The notes under the pieces were generated by a model. The model had not been told where the DNA came from. It did not search any database and was given only the letters and a program-made list of their open reading frames with translations. DNA of 64,000 bases from Flectonema sp. DT1601 (lineage: Eukaryota): NCBI GenBank assembly GCA_964019425.1, contig OZ025795.1, positions 620,001-684,000 of the forward strand, in the 5' to 3' direction. Both the position numbers and the translations under genes were made by a program. Of the stretch, positions 1-10,905 are shown in pieces (within the stretch, counting starts at the first letter, position 1; the number at the start of each line of letters is the position of its first letter).

Positions 1-38
1 CTTCAGTTAACTCCTAACAAACTACATAAATAGTAAAA

Positions 39-881
39 ATGGCAACTCTTAAGATCACAGCATCGCTTATCACTGGGTCTTTGATTGAAGTGGTTCCCAC
101 GTTCGAGAACAAGGTTCCAGGTAGTATTTACAGTTTCGATATTAGGTGCGTTGCGTACCCTGGAACTGTTGCAGGAGGTGATTTTGACTTCAACCCGACT
201 ACGGTCTTGGAGGGACAGACTGCTTTGTTGACGGAAGATTATGATAAATTTCCATTTGTTGCTGGGGATTACGTTGTGACTTGCGAGTCCAATATTATAG
301 AGATTGGATCTGGTGGTGCTAGTGGTCTTCATCCTATTGTTGGTGAACTTGGTGTTGTAGTTCCTGGTGCCCCTACTTGCGATTCTGGAGTGTCGAGCTC
401 AGCGGCGGCCGTTACCATCACTCCTGTGGATATCGTTGACGGGGTGTTGGATGTTACTCACACGCGTTACACGCAGTTCCCTGACGTGATCTCGATGATG
501 AAGGGATTCCCGTTCCCAAGAACAGTGGTCTCAGGAACCCAGGTACACCTGAAGTGCTGTGCCGGGGAAGAGTGTGCTTTCGCATTCGCCCTTTACAGAT
601 GTGAGGCATGCACCGGACCAAAGCCATTCGGAATGACCAAGAAGTTGTTGTTGGACAACTGGGACAGTGCCTCTTGCTCACCAAAATTCGATGCGGACTT
701 CAGCACCACCCTCTTCTACAAGAACGTGCAGGGACCATATGAGAAGACCTTCGACCTCCAGCACGATGAGTTGTTTGTTGTTCTCATGAAGGACGGATCC
801 CTTCCTGCTCCACTTTGTAGCAAGCCACATGGACCGTTCCCAACGGGAACTAACTGCGGTGACCGATGCCCGACCCTCTAA
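39..881 (+). CDS. Cys-rich protein of unknown function, tandem copy 1 (280 aa)
   Basis: ATG-TAA ORF with a Cys-rich C-terminal half (KCCAGEEC, YRCEAC, SCSPKF, NCGDRC). Translation identical to 1790..2632. Confidence 0.85.
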   Translation: MATLKITASLITGSLIEVVPTFENKVPGSIYSFDIRCVAYPGTVAGGDFDFNPTTVLEGQTALLTEDYDKFPFVAGDYVVTCESNIIEIGSGGASGLHPIVGELGVVVPGAPTCDSGVSSSAAAVTITPVDIVDGVLDVTHTRYTQFPDVISMMKGFPFPRTVVSGTQVHLKCCAGEECAFAFALYRCEACTGPKPFGMTKKLLLDNWDSASCSPKFDADFSTTLFYKNVQGPYEKTFDLQHDELFVVLMKDGSLPAPLCSKPHGPFPTGTNCGDRCPTL

Positions 882-1789
882 TTGCTGTTATCAAGTAGCC
901 AGAAAGAATAAATTTAGGGGAAGTAAAGGTGTCAATCAAGGTTGCGCTACTTCGTAGAAAAGTGTTCTGATAATCATCAGCACCCCCCGCCTGAAATTTA
1001 AGTGCGACTTCTGTATCTGTTTACTCAGATACTTTATTTTGAAAGAATGCGTAAGGCTAAGTAGAAAACAAGTGATCTATTTTTTTTTAGGACAACGGGT
1101 TTCCGATAGCGGAAGCCAAGCAATCCTGTGGGAGTTAGAAAGATTTGTATCTATGATGGGAAGAAACTTTTAGCAACTGTTTTAATTCTTATCGAGTCAG
1201 CCATCATTGATTCCTTCCTCTCTTCTTGTTTTGTGTTTTTGATTTCTCCGAGGAAAACTTTCCTTCACGAAAACCAGCTATTGATTTCCCTCAGCTGGGT
1301 CTCTATTTTTTGTTCCTTGGAAGAAGCTGTCGGAAGCACAAACGAGAGTTCTTTTTTTCATTCCGTTCGGTTTGGAGTGATTCTATTCAGATTTTCTTTT
1401 TATTATTTAATTTTTTTTCGTTTTTTTTCTGACCAGGTGCGATGAATAACCATGTTGTTGTTTTTGGGAGTGGATCTTTGCGGTTCTTTGCGGGGAATCT
1501 GTTTAGTACAAATGGAGTTCCGATGTTTTTTTATGGTTTCTGACAAGTTGACTCTCTCTCTCTTTCTCTTGTTGTTTTCCCTTCCCTTTTCATGCATGCT
1601 ACGACAACATACGCAAGAGGTGCTCAACTATGTTCAGATTCCAGCGGTATTTTTATTTTGCAATCGGTACCACGTTGCCGCTGACAGTGTGGGACGGTTC
1701 TTTAAGTTTTTCTTTCGGTGTGTAGACCTCAAAAAGAAGTATCAATTCCCCCTTCAGTTAACTCCTAACAAACTACATAAATAGTAAAA

Positions 1790-2632
1790 ATGGCAACTCT
1801 TAAGATCACAGCATCGCTTATCACTGGGTCTTTGATTGAAGTGGTTCCCACGTTCGAGAACAAGGTTCCAGGTAGTATTTACAGTTTCGATATTAGGTGC
1901 GTTGCGTACCCTGGAACTGTTGCAGGAGGTGATTTTGACTTCAACCCGACTACGGTCTTGGAGGGACAGACTGCTTTGTTGACGGAAGATTATGATAAAT
2001 TTCCATTTGTTGCTGGGGATTACGTTGTGACTTGCGAGTCCAATATTATAGAGATTGGATCTGGTGGTGCTAGTGGTCTTCATCCTATTGTTGGTGAACT
2101 TGGTGTTGTAGTTCCTGGTGCCCCTACTTGCGATTCTGGAGTGTCGAGCTCAGCGGCGGCCGTTACCATCACTCCTGTGGATATCGTTGACGGGGTGTTG
2201 GATGTTACTCACACGCGTTACACGCAGTTCCCTGACGTGATCTCGATGATGAAGGGATTCCCGTTCCCAAGAACAGTGGTCTCAGGAACCCAGGTACACC
2301 TGAAGTGCTGTGCCGGGGAAGAGTGTGCTTTCGCATTCGCCCTTTACAGATGTGAGGCATGCACCGGACCAAAGCCATTCGGAATGACCAAGAAGTTGTT
2401 GTTGGACAACTGGGACAGTGCCTCTTGCTCACCAAAATTCGATGCGGACTTCAGCACCACCCTCTTCTACAAGAACGTGCAGGGACCATATGAGAAGACC
2501 TTCGACCTCCAGCACGATGAGTTGTTTGTTGTTCTCATGAAGGACGGATCCCTTCCTGCTCCACTTTGTAGCAAGCCACATGGACCGTTCCCAACGGGAA
2601 CTAACTGCGGTGACCGATGCCCGACCCTCTAA
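1790..2632 (+). CDS. Cys-rich protein of unknown function, tandem copy 2 (280 aa)
   Basis: Same translation as 39..881. Preceded by the pyrimidine-rich acceptor TTCCCCCTTCAG (ends 1757). Confidence 0.85.
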   Translation: MATLKITASLITGSLIEVVPTFENKVPGSIYSFDIRCVAYPGTVAGGDFDFNPTTVLEGQTALLTEDYDKFPFVAGDYVVTCESNIIEIGSGGASGLHPIVGELGVVVPGAPTCDSGVSSSAAAVTITPVDIVDGVLDVTHTRYTQFPDVISMMKGFPFPRTVVSGTQVHLKCCAGEECAFAFALYRCEACTGPKPFGMTKKLLLDNWDSASCSPKFDADFSTTLFYKNVQGPYEKTFDLQHDELFVVLMKDGSLPAPLCSKPHGPFPTGTNCGDRCPTL

Positions 2633-4017
2633 AGTATGATTTATGTCGTATTTTAAGTGATCAATTACCTCCACCATTTAGCAAATAAATTTATAAAAAG
2701 GTTTTGATTTTCTTCAATATCTTTGCCCAATTCCCTTTATACATTTGAGCATGCTGTGATGTGCAGTAAAGAATAATAATTGGTAAGAAATAGATCGTTC
2801 ATCCAGTGGAGTTTGTGCTCAGCTTGAGAATGTTCGGTTCTTGAAAAAGTGTCGAATACGTATTTGAGTTTGGCACTTCTGTTTTATTTTTCACTAATTA
2901 TGTGTCAGTAACAAAAAGACATTACGAGTTTATTGCTGCATACTTTCGCATTGCTTTATCCATTTTTGACTTTATTTTTATTTGCACCCTCCCCTATTGA
3001 TAATACGGTATCAGCTTTTTCCCTCCCTCATACCTTGATATTATCGTTGTCAAGATTTCATTCCCCAAGCTTCTTAGCTGAAAAAAATTTAAAAAAAAAA
3101 AAAAACACAAAGCACAAAACACAAAATGGTCTAAATGATTTTACTCTTTTCACGTGTGACCCCCGATATGCTTCTGATTATCTCTGGGCATGTATTAATT
3201 ATAGTATAACGATTTAAATGAATAAAAATATTCATTTTGTGTCGATCGTATAATTATCTTTTTCAGATGAAATTATCGGAAAAAAAGTAGAACTCAATAA
3301 AAAAAAAAAACAAAAACTAAAACTAAAACAAAACAAAAGTATTGAAGGGGTTCACAAACGTCTTTTTTTTTTATTATTCATTTTTATTTTTAGAATTTTT
3401 CAAAGATGCTTCTGAGTTATTTTTTTTATATATTTTTTTATTTGTTATTATTATTGCTGAGATGAACAGTATTTCAAAAACAATAAAAACTCTGGAAATA
3501 AATAAGAGCGCCTGCTTTTGCCAATCGATAAGGGGGGCGTTTGACTACATTTTCTTGAACAATGGTATAGTTTTTTTCAGCAAAAAAAAACAAAAACAAA
3601 AACAATAAAAAATCACCCAATCTATCGAAAAATTGTTTTTATTTTTTTATTATTCTTTGTCATTTTCTTTTTTTTTCCCACTCTCTTCTTTTCTTTTTCG
3701 TTCCCCTGCTGCTTGATAGTTTTTTTTTTTTCTTTTCTTGAGGATCTGAATGTAATTCGATGAGGTAAGTCTTATTAAGTTTGTTAATCGGTTCCTGTTA
3801 AAGAAAAGATTAATTTCTGAATGGAGAGAGCAGGGGAAAGACTTAAAGGAAATGAAAAAAAAAAAAGAAAAGGAAAAAAAATTCATACCGATCGTTGCAG
3901 TATTATAACACAAGAAATTACTTCACATGCAGGAGAGTATAAAAATGATAGCGCCATGGTATTCGTAAAAAGGAAGTGCTACTTTTTATTTTATTCTTTT
4001 CGAACAGCAATAAAAGA

Positions 4018-6606
4018 ATGAAAATCGCTATCGTAATAGCAGCTCTGTTGCTATCGGTGGCATCCAGCGGAACGAATTCCGGTTGTTCGGAAGTTGATCT
4101 AGGCATCCGAGGCAATTCAAAGATTTTTGTATGTAGCGACACAGTGATAAGAGTTGCCCACATTCCTCAAGGTGGATCCCCAAAGGGAGAAAGTCTGGTT
4201 GTGAATGCAAAATGGGATCCTGTCGCGTACAAAGTTAGTAATGCTACTGACAATCTGACTATCATAACAAATAGAATGCAAGTTGTTTATAACTTCGATA
4301 GCGATTCTGTGTCATTTCGTGATTCCAATGGAAATATTATTAGCGAAGAACTCCATCACAGTTTGAATCCATCAACGACACCTGGAGTGTTTTCTGTTTC
4401 ACAAACTTGGAAAACTGATACTTCAGAAGGTATCTACGGTGGAGGACAATACCAAGACGGTTTCATAAATTGGGCTGGAACATCATTGTCGATGGTTCAG
4501 TTTAATACGCAAGCGATTGTTCCATTCTTTTTATCAACAAAAGGATACGGACTACTGTGGGATTCTTACTCTTGGACTCATTTAAATGATGGAATAGAAA
4601 TCCCTTTAACAATTAATAACCAGACAGCTACTGCTGATGTTGTATTGAGTCCGGGAAAACATAACTTTCAAGTTCGGTTGTGTCGACCATGGGGATGTGG
4701 AGGGACTGTTTTGAAGATGACACTAACGAATAATATTACTGGTGAGGTCTTAACTGGACAAGATTGGAATGAACTCGCCAACATTCCAGATGCGCTGATC
4801 GCTCGTGTGAATGTTAAGGAAGGTGGTGACTACATAATAAATATCAACTACGATGGTGATCATCCTGAAACTCTCTACATGAACTCTGAAAACTCGACAA
4901 TCCAACTTCGAAGCGAAGCATCCGAAGCCGTCGATTACTATTTCGTCTGGGGAGACAACAATATGAATAACGCAATATCACAATACAGAAGAGCAACTGG
5001 TGCTGCATACTTGTACGGGAGATATGCCTATGGATTCTGGCAATGTAAGAATAGATATCATAATAAATCTGAACTTCTCAATGCGGCAATTGAATTCCGT
5101 AAAAGAAGAATACCAGTTGACAACATAGTCCAAGATTGGATGTACTGGGGAAATCTAGGTTGGGGTCCTCATTGGGATCAGACAACGTACCCAAACCCGG
5201 CGGATATGGTAAAGACACTCCACGAGAATAGTTTTCATTTCATGGTTTCTGTGTGGGCTAAATTTGATAAAAAGACGACCTTCTATAAAGAAATGAACTC
5301 CAAAGGATACATCATCAACGGTTCTATTTATTACGATCCGTACAACCCAGAGGCCAGAGAGTTGTATTATAATTTCAGTAATGAAAATCATTTTAAAATT
5401 GGAGTTGACGCGTTGTGGTTGGATGCGACAGAGCCAGAAGCACTTCCCAATTATGATAACAAGGTATTTCTAGGACCTGGTAATCAATACTTAAATCCTT
5501 TCTCTCTGATGACCACCAGTGCGATTGCTGACGGCTTACGAAGAGACTACTCAACCAGTACTGGTGCGAGAGTATTCTCACTAACCAGATCATCATTTGC
5601 TGGACAACAGAGAACGGGGGCAGCTCTCTGGTCGGGTGACACCACCGCTACTTGGGATACACTCAGAAGACAGATTGCTGCTTCTTTAAACTATCAAATG
5701 TCTGGAATTCCTTACTGGTCTCAAGATATTGGTGGATTCTTTAGACCAAATGACATGTACACAAATATAGACTACTGGTGTATGCTGACCAGATGGTTTC
5801 AATTTGGAGTCTTTACTCCAATATTCAGAGTTCATGGAACAGGAAATACTGAAATTTGGAACTACGGACCGTACGTTCAAAATTGGGTTGTCAACTCCTC
5901 CATTAATCTCCGATACAGATTACTTCCTTACATCTACTCTGGTTTTCGTAAGGTTGAGCAGGAGGGTTACACAATGCAACGTGCTATGCCTTTAGACTTT
6001 TCAGGAGACGTCAACACTCATGACATCGCTGATCAGTTTATGTTTGGTGAGAGTTTGTTGATAGCTCCTATTTACTCGCCGAATGACACGAATAGTGATC
6101 TCGCTACTCGATCAGTTTATTTTCCAGCTGGGGGTTGGTGGAACTTCAACACTGGTGAGATGAGTGGAGCAACAGTTGGATGGCATCGAAACATCAGCTG
6201 CGATATTATTGAAATTCCAATCTTTGTGAGGGCTGGTTCCATTATTATAATGGGACCTGCAGTTCAGCACACGGATGAGAAAGCTGACCCTCTTGAGATT
6301 CGTATTTATCGTAACTCTGATGCCAATTTCACTCTCTTTGAAGACGACGGTGAGTCCCCGTCAATGGAGGCTGACCATCAGTTTAGTGAAATCCAATTCT
6401 CCCTCAGTGAGGAAGAAAATAAATTAACTGTTTCTGACAGAAGAGGTTCATTCCCAGGCATGCTCTCTACCAGAACATTAAATATTGTTGTCGTTAGTAA
6501 AGATCACGGTACCGGCGCAAGTGTTACAACTAAACCAGATAAGACTGTACTATATAATGGTAGTCAGGTAATTATTCCTCTCGACTCGTCACTCTCTCAA
6601 CGTTAA
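4018..6606 (+). CDS. Secreted glycoside hydrolase family 31 (alpha-xylosidase/alpha-glucosidase type)
   Basis: Signal peptide MKIAIVIAALLLSVASS. GH31 motifs GFWQCKNRY, IPVDNIVQDW, WLDATEPE (nucleophile), WSGD (acid/base), WSQDIGGF, RWFQFG..P..RVHG, LRYRLLPYIY and LFEDDG. ATG at 4018 follows acceptor AG at 4006-4007. Confidence 0.95.
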   Translation: MKIAIVIAALLLSVASSGTNSGCSEVDLGIRGNSKIFVCSDTVIRVAHIPQGGSPKGESLVVNAKWDPVAYKVSNATDNLTIITNRMQVVYNFDSDSVSFRDSNGNIISEELHHSLNPSTTPGVFSVSQTWKTDTSEGIYGGGQYQDGFINWAGTSLSMVQFNTQAIVPFFLSTKGYGLLWDSYSWTHLNDGIEIPLTINNQTATADVVLSPGKHNFQVRLCRPWGCGGTVLKMTLTNNITGEVLTGQDWNELANIPDALIARVNVKEGGDYIININYDGDHPETLYMNSENSTIQLRSEASEAVDYYFVWGDNNMNNAISQYRRATGAAYLYGRYAYGFWQCKNRYHNKSELLNAAIEFRKRRIPVDNIVQDWMYWGNLGWGPHWDQTTYPNPADMVKTLHENSFHFMVSVWAKFDKKTTFYKEMNSKGYIINGSIYYDPYNPEARELYYNFSNENHFKIGVDALWLDATEPEALPNYDNKVFLGPGNQYLNPFSLMTTSAIADGLRRDYSTSTGARVFSLTRSSFAGQQRTGAALWSGDTTATWDTLRRQIAASLNYQMSGIPYWSQDIGGFFRPNDMYTNIDYWCMLTRWFQFGVFTPIFRVHGTGNTEIWNYGPYVQNWVVNSSINLRYRLLPYIYSGFRKVEQEGYTMQRAMPLDFSGDVNTHDIADQFMFGESLLIAPIYSPNDTNSDLATRSVYFPAGGWWNFNTGEMSGATVGWHRNISCDIIEIPIFVRAGSIIIMGPAVQHTDEKADPLEIRIYRNSDANFTLFEDDGESPSMEADHQFSEIQFSLSEEENKLTVSDRRGSFPGMLSTRTLNIVVVSKDHGTGASVTTKPDKTVLYNGSQVIIPLDSSLSQR

Positions 6607-8298
6607 TTTCGTATTTCTTTTTTGTGCCCATCCACCACATCGCATTGTGTGGAAATTGAAATATTAATTTGAAGCGGCAGCAACATCTGGTGGATCACCG
6701 GAATGGATTTGTGTTTCATTTGTTTGTTTTTCTCTTTTTTTTTGTTTTCTACATTGCATGTCGAACATTGGGCCAGATACTGTTCAGTCCGGACGGCTGC
6801 AAAAAGAAGCACGAAAAAGAATTTTGTTGTCTACCTTCAGGTGACACGCAACTACGTTTATTTTTGTCTCCCTTCTTTTACTTTCATAAGATTCTCACAC
6901 GTACTCTCTCTTTTCTCCCTCTCTCTGGTCAAAGTAGCTTTGTTGTTTTTTTTAGTTTTCATTCCATGAAATTAAAATAACTAATTGCTGCAAGAACTGG
7001 TCGATTATTCGTTCGTGTTCAATCCTGACTGCTGTTGTTTACTCAAAGGGGATGTGTCCACTTGGACTTCTGATTCTGATGCATCGATATCACTTTATCT
7101 CTCGTATTCGTATATTTATGTTGCCAACGTTTCTTGCTTCTGGTCTCTTCTTCCGGACTTAAAAACTGTCTCATTTAGACTTCCTTTTTTATTCTGTTCC
7201 TTACTATTGTTAGTGTTGCCTAATTTTTGTGTTGCAATGTTACATCTTTTTAGAGCCTTTCAATATTAATATTTGAGGCAATTAGGTGGGCCGGTCATGT
7301 TCCGGGTTTCTTATTTTCTTTTTGTGGTACGGCGGCATTTTAACACATGTGATTATTTCATTAAGAAAGGATTTTTTTTTACACGGAAAAGAAAGGATGC
7401 TTTATTATATAGGTCTGGCGCAGTTATAAGACCTTAAACTGACTGTCATCTTACCTGATCCTTTTGGGTTTCATTTCTTGCTGAGTGATATGGCTATGTG
7501 CTGCCCAATTTTTTGTGGTACTTTTCTAAAGCTTTTCGGTAAGCCCACAGTACAATTATAATGCTTTGGGCAACTGGGGGTGAACGATCCTCGGTACTGT
7601 TCCGTGGTTTTCTATTTTCTTTCGTGGAGTGTGGGCATATGGCACAATTGGTCGTATTATAAAGAAGAAAGAAGATTTTTTATTTTTTTCACCTTCCCCC
7701 CGACTCCCAGATCATTTCTCTTTTATATTATTTAGTTGTTTACAACCTGTTAGCCTCTGGGCAAGGTGGAGGCTGGAAGTCGATCGCTTCCAGCCAATAC
7801 TACAATCTTCGCGCTTGGGTTCTCCCTTCTGTAGTTTTCAAACGATTTGATTACTTTCTTTGCGAGTGGTAACTCTCTCTGTCAAATATTAACAAAATGA
7901 TGGCACAAAAAATAGTTATCGCTCTATCTCCCTTACCCTCTTTCTTTGAAGAGGGCTTAAGGGTATGGTATCTAATTATGTTATCCCGACACCATTACTC
8001 GTTTGATGTCCTTCCGATTTATTGATTTATATAATTATGTTTTATTTATTTGTGATATCTCTTCACTGATACTAGCTCTTCATTTGTCATCTTGTTGTGC
8101 TGACATTTTTTTTATAGAAAGAAAAAAAAAGGGGAAAAAAAAAAAAAAAAAGGAAGGGGGAATAAAAGGATTAAAAAAAACCCGATAATGATAGGAATCG
8201 ATAACAGTAAGGAATGCTTCACTGGGGCCTTGACTTGAAATAAAAGAATGAAATTAATAAAAACCGTTCCTTTCGATAGGTACACCACCGCAGTTGGA

Positions 8299-9324
8299 AT
8301 GAAGTCCTTTCGATGGGCTGTTGTCGTACTGTTGGTGACGGTGTTGATATTCTGGCCTTCAAGTAACAACAAACAAACTACAGTTTTGTTGTCCACAGGA
8401 ATTGGTATGCCGAGGGTCGGACTGGGAACATGGAAATCAGAAAAGGGAGTTGTCGGAGCAGCAGTAAAACACGCAATGCAGAATGGATACAGACATATTG
8501 ACATGGCACCAAGATATGGAAATGAGAAGGAAATTGGCAAGGCGTTCTCAGATGTTTTTGAAACCAGAGAGAGGGGCGAATTCTTCCTTGGCTCTAAGTT
8601 GTGGAATACAGACCATCATCCTTCACGGGTGTCAGTCGCTTTGACAACGACGTTGAGCGACTTGCGAATATCGTACTTAGACGTTTGGTACATGCATTGG
8701 CCGGTATCGTTACAGCCTGGTGGTGATATTTTCCCAGAAATTAAATTCGAAGAAGTTGCCATCAAAGACACGTGGGCTGCTATGGAGGAAGAATACGACG
8801 CTGGTCGTGTCCGATCTCTCGCTGTTTCTAATTTTAATGTCGAGCAGTTGTCAGTCCTCCTCAAGTCTGCTCGTATTAAACCAGTCGCTAATCAGGTTGA
8901 GCTACATCCGTATTTACCAAATGGAAGGTTGGTGGAATACTGTCGGAAAAATAATATCCAAGTAGTAGCTTACTCACCCATTGGATCGCCAGGTAACGCT
9001 GCCAATAATCGAAAAGACGTGACCGCTTTAATTAAAAATAATGTCATCACTCGCTTAGCCACTGAGTTCAGTAGAACTCCTGCTCAAATTATTTTGAAAT
9101 GGGCGTTGCAAAAAGGAGTTGTTGTTATTCCGAAATCGATTACTCCGACTCGAATTGATGAGAATTTTGCTGCGGCATCGCTGTCGGATTTACCGCCAAG
9201 AGCCATCTCTGAGATTGATAGGTTACCAGAAATACCTGTTCGTTATGTGTCTTCTCCACACTTATGGAACGGCGCAACAGAACTGGAATTTTGGAAAGAT
9301 AACGGAACCGAACGGATTATTTAG
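8299..9324 (+). CDS. Aldo-keto reductase with N-terminal hydrophobic segment
   Basis: Motifs GLGTW, GYRHIDMAPRY (Asp/Tyr), SKLW (Lys), MHWP (His), SNF, NQVELHPY, AYSPIG and IPKS. Start chosen as the first ATG after acceptor AG at 8278-8279. Confidence 0.93.
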   Translation: MKSFRWAVVVLLVTVLIFWPSSNNKQTTVLLSTGIGMPRVGLGTWKSEKGVVGAAVKHAMQNGYRHIDMAPRYGNEKEIGKAFSDVFETRERGEFFLGSKLWNTDHHPSRVSVALTTTLSDLRISYLDVWYMHWPVSLQPGGDIFPEIKFEEVAIKDTWAAMEEEYDAGRVRSLAVSNFNVEQLSVLLKSARIKPVANQVELHPYLPNGRLVEYCRKNNIQVVAYSPIGSPGNAANNRKDVTALIKNNVITRLATEFSRTPAQIILKWALQKGVVVIPKSITPTRIDENFAAASLSDLPPRAISEIDRLPEIPVRYVSSPHLWNGATELEFWKDNGTERII

Positions 9325-9551
9325 TAAATCTGTTCTCTGAAATACATTAAAATAATGTTTGAGTTCTGACTTCCCAAACCTCTACAGAGGAACGGGACGG
9401 TATTACTCCGCCCGATATAAGTAACGCAATTAAGTTGCGCGCTTTGGTAAAACTCTAATGTTTTATTTTATTCTTCTTTTGACTTTATTTCTCTTCACAG
9501 GAATCACAAATTGTGAAATACAAACACCAATAACCAAATGGGTTTTATGAC

Positions 9552-10393
9552 ATGATGTTACTGCAGAGAATTGTAATTGGGTTAATCGCGACGTTGTTTG
9601 GGGCGGTGCTAATGAGTACAGGTATGTGTTTGTGTATTGAATTACGGCATTCGATGAAAAACAAAAATAACGAAAACAAAATCAGGAAAAACTGTTTACG
9701 ATATTGGCACTACCATCCTCGAACATGCATCGGAGGAGTTGTGCACCACTGTAACACGTGAGGTATGTTTTGGTTGTGACAAATCAATTTTTTTTTTTTT
9801 TTTTTTTCAAATTTAATAACAAAAACAACATAATACCATCACACAAACAGGTACTCCCGTGTTCATATAATTGCGGAGGATTATTATCAGCTCCGAAAAA
9901 CTGCACAGGTCACAGCTATAAATACACTTCTACTTCGACTGCGAAGTGTGGAGATAAACACATCATATTCGACGAGTACGAAGAATTTAAGAAGAAAGGA
10001 ATGAACATGTGTAGGTGTTCGAAGAATCAGCAATCAGGGGATTGTTGGGTCGATTTCCCAGGTTTTACTGCTGGAAAATCATATCCATGTACGGTAATGA
10101 ATACCTGTCAGACTTTTGATCTTAGCAATCCATCAGATTACAGAACGACTGGTGAAGTGAACATCGTACTCGGGGTATTTTTTATATTCTTCTCAATCTG
10201 TCCAGAATCTTGTGCTATCTCCACGAGTTTGTTTTTCATCGCGATATTCGCATATCTCATACCGATGGTTCAAAAATTAATTCAAATATGTTTTTATAGC
10301 ATCAATGCCTGGCTGATGTGGATGATTGACTTCACTGGTGCCCCTGCTAAAGCATGGGTAAATGAAGAAGAGAAGGATCCGCTTTTACCATAG
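9552..10393 (+). CDS. Membrane protein with Cys-rich loop between N- and C-terminal hydrophobic segments, 3 exons
   Basis: Exons 9552-9621, 9686-9762 and 9851-10393. GT-AG introns 9622-9685 and 9763-9850 join three pieces in frame (..LMSTG|KTVYDIG..VTRE|VLPCSYNC..). Confidence 0.75.
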
Positions 10394-10905
10394 TCGTAAC
10401 AAACACCGAGAGCATAATGAAAAGTGCTCTGAATTCGGATGTTTCAGAGAAAGAACTTCTCGTGAGTTTTTTTATGTTATTGAAATTTGTTATTAAAAGA
10501 CGAGGCTTACTCAAGAGAGTAATTAGGGAGTAGGGGATGTATTAATTATTGGTCAACACGAGTACCGTTATTCTCAAACTGACGCACCATATATCTAAAC
10601 TGTACACTTGTTGGTTCTTACACCATCATCATCGAATTAGAATCGAGTTCCAGCTGGCTCCCCCTGGTTGCCAAACTAATTACTCTTCCTTTATGATATG
10701 AAACGTACAGCTGTTAGAGTCACTCTTTTTGTAACAGAAGTGCACAACACAATTGGTAGATTTCTTGATTTTTAGATATTTAGCTCGGCGGGTTTTTTGA
10801 TAAAAAATTAACGATTTTCATTTTATTTATTTAAATATTTTCTAAATTATTTTTTTCTAAAAGTCAGGGGGAACTACTGATCGGGAAACAAAAAAAATAA
10901 AGAAA

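Larger units (their letters stand above)
1..2632 (+). repeat. Tandem gene duplication, period 1751 bp (1-881 = 1752-2632)
   Basis: The two blocks read identically. Identity stops exactly at the TAA (CTCTAA-TTGCTG vs CTCTAA-AGTATG). Confidence 0.95.

Noticed and set aside
2633..4000. Short F/K-rich ORFs here and in other intergenic regions (e.g. 6607-8250, 25466-27300, 63000-64000)
   Set aside because: Products of poly-A/poly-T tracts in UTR or intergenic DNA, many with non-ATG starts.
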